Shown piece after piece: positions 16,242-24,506 of a stretch of DNA of 32,000 nt. How positions within the stretch are numbered: position 1 is the stretch's first letter; each line of letters begins with the position of its first letter. The translations under genes and the position numbers were made by a program. The DNA is from Microcystis aeruginosa NIES-2549. GTDB taxonomy: Bacteria > Cyanobacteriota > Cyanobacteriia > Cyanobacteriales > Microcystaceae. The notes under the pieces are model-generated. The model was not told where the DNA came from and ran no database searches. It saw only the letters and a program-made list of their open reading frames with translations. The stretch spans positions 390,001-422,000 of the forward strand of contig NZ_CP011304.1 of the NCBI RefSeq assembly GCF_000981785.2, in the 5' to 3' direction.

Positions 16242-17945
16242 ATAATTACTGAGGAACCATTGAGTATTAAAAGCTCGATCGCAGGATATTTCTAGTAATC
16301 TTAGGCCTGATTCCGGCAAAACTGCGATTTTTTGCTCAAAATCAGTCCAATCGCTGATTAAATGGTAATCGATACCGTAGGTGCGACAGAGTTGGCAAAA
16401 GTCGATATTTTGGGGAGTGGCAAAAAATTCTTCAAAGGGGGGGTCAAATTTGGCGATCGGCAACATCTGGAAAATGCCTCCCCCCTTGTTATTGATTAAA
16501 ATTATGGTCAAGGAGCCAACAAAATATTTTTTGATTAAAAAACCATTTGTGTCGTGTAATAGGGCTAAATCTCCCGTTAATAGCAGACTGGGGACATTTT
16601 TATAAGCTATTCCTATCGCAGTGGAGAGGTTGCCGTCGATGCCATTGGCCCCGCGATTAAAATAGGGACGAATTTGGCGATCGCTAGGCGGGTTAAAAAA
16701 TTCGGCATAGCGAACAGGCATACTATTAGAGATAAAGATCGGGGTGCGGGGGGGGAGGTATTGGGAGAGCAGCCAAGGAATTTTCCCTTCAATCAGTTTA
16801 GTTTCTGCTGCCAAAAGGCGATCGATGGTTAATCTGGCTTGCTGGTCGAATTTTTGCCATAATTGCCCATATTCTCGGTTATTATCGGGTTTTTCTGGGA
16901 ATAGATGCCCTAATTGCTCGATATTTCCCCTGAGATGTCTGGTTTTTCCCTGTAGAGGATCGTAATTATCGGGATGGGGATCGATAATCCAACGCGGACA
17001 GTCGATTTCTTCTAACCAGGTCCGTAATTCTTTGCTGGTGGGTAGTTCCCCAATTTGCAGGACAACATCGGGGGTTAATTGGGTTTTAATAGCAGGATTC
17101 CGCAATAATAAATCATAGGTGGTGATGAGATGGGGATTTAACCCTGCATAGTTTCGTAGAGGAGATAAAGCTTCTGCTAAGACGGGATATTGTTGCGATC
17201 GGGCTAAATTAGCGATCGCCTGACAGTAACTTTCAGGGTTTTGCGGGGAAGCTAATCCCGCGATGATAATTCCTTGGGGGGGTAAAGAAGGAATTTCGAG
17301 AATTGAGTGGTTAATGGCGATATTTTGCCGAGATATATGGCTAAAAAAAGCTTCTTGGTCAAAATTAGCCTCTAAATTGTTAATTTCTAGATCGGGAGTT
17401 GGTGCGAGGGGATCGCGAAATGGTAAGTTCAGATGCACCACTCCGGGGACAGGATCAAGACAGCGCCACCACGCGTGGATGATAGTTTGACGGAGATAGC
17501 GTAAACGCTCGATATTGGCACTAGGACAGCTAATTTCCGCTTGCCAGTTGGGATAATTACCGTAGAGTTTGACTTGATCGATAGTCTGACCGGCGTGAGC
17601 ATGACGCAATTCTGGGGGGCGATCGGCGGTTAGAATTAATAAGGGGACATGACTTTCTTTTGCTTCAATGACTGCGGGATAAAAATTAGCCGTGGCGGTC
17701 CCAGAAGTGCAGACTAAAACCACCGGTTGATATAATTGTTTGGCTAATCCCAGGGCGAAAAAAGCGGCCGAGCGCTCGTCTAGGATGGGAATAGCTTCAA
17801 TCTGGGGATGTCTTGCCAAGGCTACCGTTAAAGGAGTTGATCGCGATCCGGGAGAAACCACCCCTATCTTCAATCCCAAACGGGCCAATGTTTCGACTAA
17901 AATGGAACCCCAAAGTGTATTAAGATTGCGAAAATCGATCGACAT
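16236..17945 (-). CDS. menD: 2-succinyl-5-enolpyruvyl-6-hydroxy-3-cyclohexene-1-carboxylate (SEPHCHC) synthase
   Basis: The 569-aa ThDP-dependent enzyme has the N-terminus NLNTLWGSILVETLARLGL..VVSPGSRSTPLT...DERSAAFFALGLAK and the ThDP motif region GANGIDGNLSTAIG. This is typical MenD of the cyanobacterial phylloquinone pathway. Confidence 0.9.
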   Translation of the reverse strand: MSIDFRNLNTLWGSILVETLARLGLKIGVVSPGSRSTPLTVALARHPQIEAIPILDERSAAFFALGLAKQLYQPVVLVCTSGTATANFYPAVIEAKESHVPLLILTADRPPELRHAHAGQTIDQVKLYGNYPNWQAEISCPSANIERLRYLRQTIIHAWWRCLDPVPGVVHLNLPFRDPLAPTPDLEINNLEANFDQEAFFSHISRQNIAINHSILEIPSLPPQGIIIAGLASPQNPESYCQAIANLARSQQYPVLAEALSPLRNYAGLNPHLITTYDLLLRNPAIKTQLTPDVVLQIGELPTSKELRTWLEEIDCPRWIIDPHPDNYDPLQGKTRHLRGNIEQLGHLFPEKPDNNREYGQLWQKFDQQARLTIDRLLAAETKLIEGKIPWLLSQYLPPRTPIFISNSMPVRYAEFFNPPSDRQIRPYFNRGANGIDGNLSTAIGIAYKNVPSLLLTGDLALLHDTNGFLIKKYFVGSLTIILINNKGGGIFQMLPIAKFDPPFEEFFATPQNIDFCQLCRTYGIDYHLISDWTDFEQKIAVLPESGLRLLEISCDRAFNTQWFLSNYV

Positions 17946-18118
17946 TTATCATTTCAGTGCAAAGGTTAGGGGACAATCGGTTAAAGAGTCTATTAATAAA
18001 TTTAACATTGGCTGGAACTGGCCAAGAATAAGTTATTCCTGAGTCAGTGATCCTAGTTAAGTTTACTCTCGATTCCCAGGCCAATTTATCCCTTTTCGGG
18101 GTTCCTTCTCGCCAAGTT

Positions 18119-19459
18119 TTAACCAGAAAATTTATAGGTTAATACCACATTGATATTAGCTGCCAGCAGGGCCAAGAATAACAGGAAAGTAAAGCGATCG
18201 ATCCAGAATTTTTTAAAGAGACCAAAGATATCCTTGAGATAGAATACTCCCAGAATTGCTGCCGTACCGATCATAAAATAATAGCGACCGTAGGGAGAAG
18301 CTAATATCCATGCTGTCAAGTTGAGATGAATCGACCAAACTCCCAGAAAGATAAAAATAATTGAGGCAGTTAATCCGTCCGTTTCCTGGCGAAAATCATC
18401 GAGAAAGATGGCTAGAATAATAAACATAAACGGATAAAAAGGAATCATATACCAAGTAAAGAAGTGACTTTGCGCTCCCGTGGCAACTAAAATTAAGGTG
18501 TAGAGGATTACCGGTAAAGCGAGTAATCTAACTTGGGGACTAGCGGGATTTTTTCTGAGAAAGGGTAAGAGGGTTAACCAGCTAAAAATTAACCAACCAT
18601 CCTCGAAAAATACCGTAGGAGTGGTTAGATATTTGACAAAGTTAAAGTCCTCAAAACGCAGGGATTGCTCTTGAAATATCTTACGAAAAAAATCGTAGTC
18701 GTAGATAGCACCGTAGAGAAAATAGAGAGAGAAAAAGAAAGCACCGATCGCAGTCACATAAATGGCTTCTCGTCCTTGCTTTTCGTAAATCAAGAGGACA
18801 ATTAATAATACTACTAAATAAATAGCTGTTACCTTGACTAAACAGGCTAAACCAGCTAAACAAGCGGCAATGTAGAGATATTTTTTCTGCTTAGTTTGAT
18901 AGTATTGCCAATACAGTAAGATGATAAATAAGCAGAAAACAATCATTAAATTTTCACTAATAGCTAACCGAGAGAGGAAAACTGTATTGGGATTGGTGGC
19001 ATAAATTAAACTAGCGATTATAGCGATCGATAAATTACTCAACTTGAGAGCAAGTAAATATACTAAAACTATCGAAGCAATACCTAAGAGTAAAGAAGGG
19101 ACTCTAATAATAGTTAAACTGCAATCAAAAAAAGTTTTTGCTCCTCCTAAAAGAGCAAATAAACCCACCAATAAACCAAATAAAGGAGGATGATCAAACC
19201 AGGGAGTCACCAAACGATAACGGAGATTTTTCGCTTCCCAAACCACCGTAGGAAAATTATCCGTGGGACTCAACCATGACCAACTGGTGGGGATACCCGT
19301 TTGTAATAAACTCATGCCACTCCAAGCAAAAGCATATTCATCAGAAGTCCAATTATCTGGAGGCAAAGAATCATAATTATAGATTCGCAAAAAAGCACCT
19401 AAAAAGGTGATAATTGCTCCAATCAACCAATGTTTATGGACAGTCAAAAAGCTGGGCAT
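18119..19459 (-). CDS. GT-C fold membrane glycosyltransferase (GT39/ArnT/PMT-like)
   Basis: The 446-aa protein has about 11-12 hydrophobic helices. The first extracytoplasmic loop carries WTSDEYAFAW, the DE motif typical of ArnT/PMT-type polyprenyl-phosphate-sugar-dependent transferases. Confidence 0.75.
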   Translation of the reverse strand: MPSFLTVHKHWLIGAIITFLGAFLRIYNYDSLPPDNWTSDEYAFAWSGMSLLQTGIPTSWSWLSPTDNFPTVVWEAKNLRYRLVTPWFDHPPLFGLLVGLFALLGGAKTFFDCSLTIIRVPSLLLGIASIVLVYLLALKLSNLSIAIIASLIYATNPNTVFLSRLAISENLMIVFCLFIILLYWQYYQTKQKKYLYIAACLAGLACLVKVTAIYLVVLLIVLLIYEKQGREAIYVTAIGAFFFSLYFLYGAIYDYDFFRKIFQEQSLRFEDFNFVKYLTTPTVFFEDGWLIFSWLTLLPFLRKNPASPQVRLLALPVILYTLILVATGAQSHFFTWYMIPFYPFMFIILAIFLDDFRQETDGLTASIIFIFLGVWSIHLNLTAWILASPYGRYYFMIGTAAILGVFYLKDIFGLFKKFWIDRFTFLLFLALLAANINVVLTYKFSG

Positions 19460-19546
19460 CGATTATTAAGGACAAGGGGCAGTGACCAAATAATAGTCAG
19501 AATTTCATGGTATAATAGATGGGGTGATAATGACAGAAAAATCGGG

Positions 19547-20542
19547 ATGATTAAAGTAAACAGACGTAAATTTTGCCAGTGGATCAGTCTGATCGGTGCA
19601 GGAGTCGGACTGGCAGCGATTCTAGATAGAAAAAATATTTTTTCCCCCTCCACTGCTACAGCAATCATCCCCCCGCAACCCACCCCCAATTCCTCTTTTC
19701 CCCCCCGACAAAGCTTTTCCTTTGAAACCGTTACTCTCGATCCTAGCGGTTTCGTGATCGAGCGCAATTCCCGCAGCGCCGAATACTACAGCGAAACCCT
19801 TGCGGGATTAGAGATGATTGCTATCCCTGCTGGCACTTTTATCATGGGGACACCGGACGGAGAAAAAGGAGACTTTACCGGTAGTGATAAACCCCAGCGC
19901 TTAGTCAAGCTGAACAGTTTTTACCTGAGTAAATACCCGATAACCCAAAAACAATGGCAAATTGTCGCTAATCTGCCCAAAATTAACCGCGATTTAAACC
20001 CCAATCCCTCCCACTTCCAAGGGGATAACTTACCCGTCGATAGCATCTCTTGGTATGATGCGATCGAGTTTTGCGATCGACTTGCCAAGGCCACCGGCAG
20101 AAACTATCGACTCCCAAGCGAGGCACAATGGGAATATGCTTGTCGTGCCGGCACTACCACACCCTTCTACTTTGGTGCCACCCTTACCAGTGAATTCGCT
20201 AACTACTATGCCATTAAATTTCCCTACGCAGTGGAAAGAGAGAGCGAATTTCGAGCTAAAACCACCCCTGTAGGCAGTTTTCCCCCAAATGCCTTCGGAT
20301 TATACGATTTACATGGCAGTTTATACGAATGGTGTGCCGATCCTTGGCATCGCAACTATAAAAATGCTCCCAACGATGACCAAGTATGGCCGGCCGATCC
20401 TAATAGCACCGGCAATCGTTATCGCGTCCTGCGCGGAGGTGGTTGGGGGACAGAATTGAGGGAATGTCGCTCCGCCAGTCGGGGCCAATTTAGCCCCGAT
20501 AATCGCTATAGTGTATTAGGATTCCGCATCGCCAGTAGTTAG
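19547..20542 (+). CDS. Tat-exported FGE-sulfatase/SUMF1-domain protein
   Basis: The twin-arginine-like signal NRRKFCQWISLIGAGVGLAA is followed by SUMF1/FGE domain motifs (RLPSEAQWEYACRAGTTTPF, YRVLRGGGW, LGFRIA). The ORF-track start 19430 would overlap the divergent GT-C gene, so I prefer ATG at 19547. Confidence 0.8.
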   Translation: MIKVNRRKFCQWISLIGAGVGLAAILDRKNIFSPSTATAIIPPQPTPNSSFPPRQSFSFETVTLDPSGFVIERNSRSAEYYSETLAGLEMIAIPAGTFIMGTPDGEKGDFTGSDKPQRLVKLNSFYLSKYPITQKQWQIVANLPKINRDLNPNPSHFQGDNLPVDSISWYDAIEFCDRLAKATGRNYRLPSEAQWEYACRAGTTTPFYFGATLTSEFANYYAIKFPYAVERESEFRAKTTPVGSFPPNAFGLYDLHGSLYEWCADPWHRNYKNAPNDDQVWPADPNSTGNRYRVLRGGGWGTELRECRSASRGQFSPDNRYSVLGFRIASS

Positions 20543-20577
20543 CTCAAAATTCTGGTTTCAACAACTTTGCCGGTAAA

Positions 20578-21882
20578 TTGTGCGTCTCTAAACCTGTTTT
20601 AGTCTGTGAGTGTAAGCGAGTGACCAACTGTCCACCCTATCCCTTTTTAACCACCCCCGTCGGCTCTTTGCAAATCCCTTTTTTAGAGCAAATTGAAGGA
20701 ATTATTAGCAATAATAGTTATATTCTCAGGGATGAACCCCAGTTACTCAAATTATCTCTAGTTATTCCCACCTATAACGAGCGAGATAACGTTATTCCCC
20801 TAGTCGAGAATCTCAGTCAATTACTCGATCGAAAAATTCCAGGTCAGTATGAACTAATTATCGTCGATGATGACAGTCCCGATCGCACTTGGGAATTAGC
20901 CAGCAAATTAACCCCAGATTACCCGCAACTACGGGTGATGCGTCGTCAGGGAGAAAAAGGATTAGCGTCGGCAGTGGTGCGGGGTTGGCAAGGGTCAAGG
21001 GGTGAGATACTAGGAGTAATCGATGGAGATTTGCAACATCCCCCCGAAATTCTCTATAATCTCCTCGAAACTATCGAAAAAGGAGCGGATTTAGCTCTTG
21101 CTAGTCGTCACGTCGAAGGAGGAGGAGTGAGCGAGTGGAGTCTGCTGCGACGATTTCTCTCCCGCGGCGCTCAAATCCTTGGTTTAATTCTACTGCCAGA
21201 GGTGGTCGGTCGCGTCTCCGATCCCATGAGCGGTTACTTTATGGTCCGCCGTCAAGCGATCGCCGGTCTGATTCTCAATCCCACCGGTTACAAAATTTTA
21301 CTAGAAGTCATCGGCAAAGGCCGCATCGAAACCATCGGAGAAGTGGGTTATGTCTTCCAAGAGCGCCTAGAGGGGGAAAGTAAGGTAACTTGGAAACAAT
21401 GGCTAGAATATATCTTCCATCTGCTGCGTTTGCGCTCTCAAAAGCCATTAAGGTTTTTAGATGCAATTGTCAATCTACCTTTAGATAGATTTATTCGCTT
21501 CGGTTTAGTGGGATTAACCGGGGTTTTTGTCGATATGGCCTTTCTCTATCTTCTCAGTGATCCCGCCGCTTTGGGTTGGGGATTAACCCGCAGTAAAATC
21601 ATCGCCGCCGAATTAGCAATTATTAATAATTTTATCTGGAATGATCGCTGGACTTTTGGCGATTTATCCGCTCGTCAACGGGGTTGGAATAAACGCTGGA
21701 AAAGATTTTTCAAGTTCAATTTGATCTGTTTAGCCGGTTTAATTTTAAACGTCTTGCTGCTCAACCTGCTCTTTAATGGTTTAGGAATCAATCGCTATCT
21801 AGCTAACTTCATCGCCATCGCTATCGTCACGGTTTGGAACTTTTGGGTTAATCTTAAACTCAGTTGGCGGGTGACAAAATAA
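20578..21882 (+). CDS. GT2 polyprenol-phosphate sugar synthase (DPM1/ArnC-like) fused to a GtrA-like C-terminal membrane domain
   Basis: GT2 motifs are LSLVIPTYNERDNV, ELIIVDDDSPDRT and VIDGDLQHPP. The C-terminal ~130 aa contain four TM helices (FIRFGLVGLTGVFVDMAFLYLL...), which is GtrA-like. There is no in-frame ATG in the first ~120 codons, so the start is uncertain (TTG 20578 or a downstream GTG). Confidence 0.8.
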   Translation: MCVSKPVLVCECKRVTNCPPYPFLTTPVGSLQIPFLEQIEGIISNNSYILRDEPQLLKLSLVIPTYNERDNVIPLVENLSQLLDRKIPGQYELIIVDDDSPDRTWELASKLTPDYPQLRVMRRQGEKGLASAVVRGWQGSRGEILGVIDGDLQHPPEILYNLLETIEKGADLALASRHVEGGGVSEWSLLRRFLSRGAQILGLILLPEVVGRVSDPMSGYFMVRRQAIAGLILNPTGYKILLEVIGKGRIETIGEVGYVFQERLEGESKVTWKQWLEYIFHLLRLRSQKPLRFLDAIVNLPLDRFIRFGLVGLTGVFVDMAFLYLLSDPAALGWGLTRSKIIAAELAIINNFIWNDRWTFGDLSARQRGWNKRWKRFFKFNLICLAGLILNVLLLNLLFNGLGINRYLANFIAIAIVTVWNFWVNLKLSWRVTK

Positions 21883-21933
21883 CCGGCTAGAAGCAAAAAA
21901 ATGGTGGGCCAAAATTGAGATGCGCTTACCCTG

Positions 21934-22392
21934 TTGTCCATAGCATTTGATCCCCGCTTACTCCAGCCTATGATCCTGATTACAGACCAAATTTACCAGT
22001 CTATTTTCACCCACGCAGAATCCACCTATCCCGAAGAATGTTGTGGGTTACTCCTAGGAAAAATTACCGAGACAGCAGCCGAAGTTATCAGCATACAAGC
22101 AACAGAAAATAACTGGTCAGGCAATAAAAGAAACCGCTTTAGTATTGCCCCAGAAGTGCTTTTACAAGCTCAAAAATCGGCGCGGGAAAACCAGCTAGAA
22201 ATTATTGGTATCTATCATTCTCATCCAGATCATGCCGCCATTCCCTCGGAAATCGATCGCCAATTAGCCTGGTCAGGATATACTTATTTAATTGTCTCCG
22301 TAGTTTCAGGGCGGGCGATCGATTTACAAGCTTGGCAACTGGACGAGCGCGAACAATTTCAAATCCAACCTCAAGAATTAAAATGTTTTTGA
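21934..22392 (+). CDS. JAMM/MPN+ (Mov34) metallopeptidase
   Basis: The catalytic Glu lies in PEECCGLLLG, and the full JAMM motif is HSHPDHAAIPSEID (HxHx7Sx2D). The likely start is ATG at 21970 (MILITDQ), giving about 140 aa. Confidence 0.8.
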   Translation: MSIAFDPRLLQPMILITDQIYQSIFTHAESTYPEECCGLLLGKITETAAEVISIQATENNWSGNKRNRFSIAPEVLLQAQKSARENQLEIIGIYHSHPDHAAIPSEIDRQLAWSGYTYLIVSVVSGRAIDLQAWQLDEREQFQIQPQELKCF

Positions 22393-22934
22393 CATCGCTT
22401 GAGAACAAAAAAGAAAGGCTGGGGAAAGTTTTTAAAATCCATAATTCCCAGCACCGTATTATCATCTACTTTCCGAAAAGAGTCATTAATCGGCAAATAA
22501 TCATAAATCATCGTGGCGCTGACTTTGTCCCGATATTCCATCATTCGCAGTCTAGCCTGACTTGTCTGCGTTTTTAGCAAGGAGTTGGTCAGCATCAGTA
22601 AAGGTTTCAGAGAATTATTTTTCAGTATCGGCAGCTTCAAAATCCAGTTCATGGCCGTGGGATTGGGTGCCACCTTAAAAATTTTTCCCTGACCATCTAA
22701 AAATAACAGGGGGTGGACATTCTCAGTATCAACAAATTCTTTACCATACCAATTAGATGCCTCTAATAAACCATCCATTGGGTGATTTGTCTCAAGTCCA
22801 GAACCTTGCCAAAGACCGAGCATAAAGTCTAAACTCACGGGTTCGAGAGCGTCAAACAATTGTAAAGCTATTTCTGTGGTCGTTTGACCAGCTTTAAGAA
22901 TCGACTGGCAGCTTTCTAATTCTAATGTTGTCAT
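22371..22934 (-). CDS. GXWXG / DUF4334 two-domain protein of unknown function
   Basis: The 187-aa ORF has a GLWQG motif near residue 40, followed by a DUF4334-like C-terminal half (my recollection of the family). Its 3' end overlaps the convergent JAMM gene by 22 nt. Confidence 0.6.
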   Translation of the reverse strand: MTTLELESCQSILKAGQTTTEIALQLFDALEPVSLDFMLGLWQGSGLETNHPMDGLLEASNWYGKEFVDTENVHPLLFLDGQGKIFKVAPNPTAMNWILKLPILKNNSLKPLLMLTNSLLKTQTSQARLRMMEYRDKVSATMIYDYLPINDSFRKVDDNTVLGIMDFKNFPQPFFFVLKRCQKHFNS

Positions 22935-23280
22935 TGTTTCGCTCTTCTTGTGTCCCGACCATAATATTATAGCTTCTCAGCTAGAGGGTCGGGGATTGCT
23001 CCTCGGTTAAAATCACCAAATATCCGACATATCTTCAGTCAATGGGTCATCTTATTGCCTTAGGGTTTCCAGCCATTCACTCATTTCTTCCTTGATGGTT
23101 TCTTTAAGTTCTTGCAAATCATCTTTATCTATAATCTTAAGACCGTTTCTAGTGGCCAATCCTATAATTAATTACAGGGTCGGAGAACTTGCCTTCTGCA
23201 AAAGTCCCATTTATCCCATCTACCCAACTAATCAATTCCATCATAGACAAGACCTTCCTGCTCCCCCACACGCCAAAAAT

Positions 23281-24444
23281 ATGTCTCAAAAGCCGATTTA
23301 TCTAGATTGCCACGCCACGACACCCCTAGATCCGCAAGTTCTGGCGGCGATGTTACCCTATTTTACCGAACACTTTGGTAATGCCAGTAGTATTAATCAT
23401 GTCTATGGTTGGACAGCCGAGGCCGCGGTTAAACAGGCAAGAGAAACAATCGCCGCTGCTATTAATAGTAGCCCCGAAGAAATTATTTTTACCAGTGGAG
23501 CAACGGAGGCCAATAACCTGGCTATCAAAGGGGTTGCCGAAGCTTATTTCGCCAAGGGACGGCACATAGTTACGGTGGTGACAGAACATCGCGCCGTTTT
23601 AGATCCCTGTCATTATCTGGAAAAATTGGGTTTTGAGGTGACAATTTTACCCGTCGGTGCTGATGGTCTAATTGACTTGGAATTACTAGAAAAATCTTTG
23701 CGTCCTGACACGATTTTGCTGTCAATTATGGCGGCTAATAACGAGATTGGGGTGATTCAACCTTTAGCGGCAATTGGGGCGATTTGTCGCCAGTATCAGG
23801 TGCTTTTTCATACGGATGCGGCCCAAGCAATCGGCAAAATTCCCCTAGATGTGGAGGAAATGAATATAGATCTGATGTCCTTAACTGCCCACAAAGTCCA
23901 CGGACCAAAGGGAATCGGTGCGCTGTACGTCCGGCGCCGGAACCCCAGAGTTCGTCTCGCCGCTCAAATTCAAGGGGGAGGCCAGGAAAAAGGACTGCGA
24001 TCGGGTACAATATTTACACCGCAAATTGTCGGTTTTGCCAAGGCGGTAGAATTGGGCATCAAAGCGATCGAAGAAGATAACAGCCACTTAAATCAGTTAA
24101 AAGCCCGTTTATGGGAGATTATCAGTCAATTAGACAGAATTTATCTCAATGGTCATCCTAGCCAAAGATTAGCCGGAAATTTGAATATTAGTATTGAAGG
24201 GGTGGACGGTGCGGCGTTATTGTTAGGATTACAGCCAATAGTGGCTCTTTCCTCCGGTTCTGCCTGTTCTTCTAGCCATACCGCCCCCTCTCACGTTTTA
24301 ACTGCCTTGGGTCGCCCCGAATCTCTCGCTTATGCCTCCCTGCGCTTCGGGTTGAGTCGTTTTAATACTTTAGAAGAAATTGAACTGGTGGGGGAACAGG
24401 TGGTTTTAACGGTTAATTCCCTCCGCAAAGCCAAAAATTTTTGA
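23281..24444 (+). CDS. iscS: Cysteine desulfurase (NifS/IscS class)
   Basis: The protein is 388 aa from ATG 23281 (MSQKPIYLDCHATTPLDP). The PLP lysine context is SLTAHKVHGPKG and the active-site Cys loop is SSGSACSS. The 63-codon upstream extension in the ORF track has no homology-like features. Confidence 0.9.
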   Translation: MSQKPIYLDCHATTPLDPQVLAAMLPYFTEHFGNASSINHVYGWTAEAAVKQARETIAAAINSSPEEIIFTSGATEANNLAIKGVAEAYFAKGRHIVTVVTEHRAVLDPCHYLEKLGFEVTILPVGADGLIDLELLEKSLRPDTILLSIMAANNEIGVIQPLAAIGAICRQYQVLFHTDAAQAIGKIPLDVEEMNIDLMSLTAHKVHGPKGIGALYVRRRNPRVRLAAQIQGGGQEKGLRSGTIFTPQIVGFAKAVELGIKAIEEDNSHLNQLKARLWEIISQLDRIYLNGHPSQRLAGNLNISIEGVDGAALLLGLQPIVALSSGSACSSSHTAPSHVLTALGRPESLAYASLRFGLSRFNTLEEIELVGEQVVLTVNSLRKAKNF

Positions 24445-24506
24445 CGTTTCGGCTCCTATCCACAAGTTAGTTTCGGTCTAGGTTTAAAAAATTCCGGAAA
24501 AGGTTT

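Noticed and set aside
16381-18042. Forward-strand ORFs inside or over menD (16381-16605, 16744-16965, 17263-17490, 17740-18042)
   Set aside because: They are antisense to the full-length, motif-rich menD gene. Their translations are Arg/Ser/Gly-rich low-complexity sequence.
19430-19546. 39-codon N-terminal extension of the FGE-domain ORF
   Set aside because: It would overlap the start of the divergent GT-C gene. The ATG at 19547 is followed directly by a twin-arginine signal peptide, as expected for a true N-terminus.
23092-23280. 63-codon N-terminal extension of the cysteine desulfurase ORF
   Set aside because: It has no desulfurase-like sequence. Canonical NifS/IscS N-termini begin like MSQKPIYLDCHATTP (ATG 23281). 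The opposite strand carries a decayed small ORF instead.
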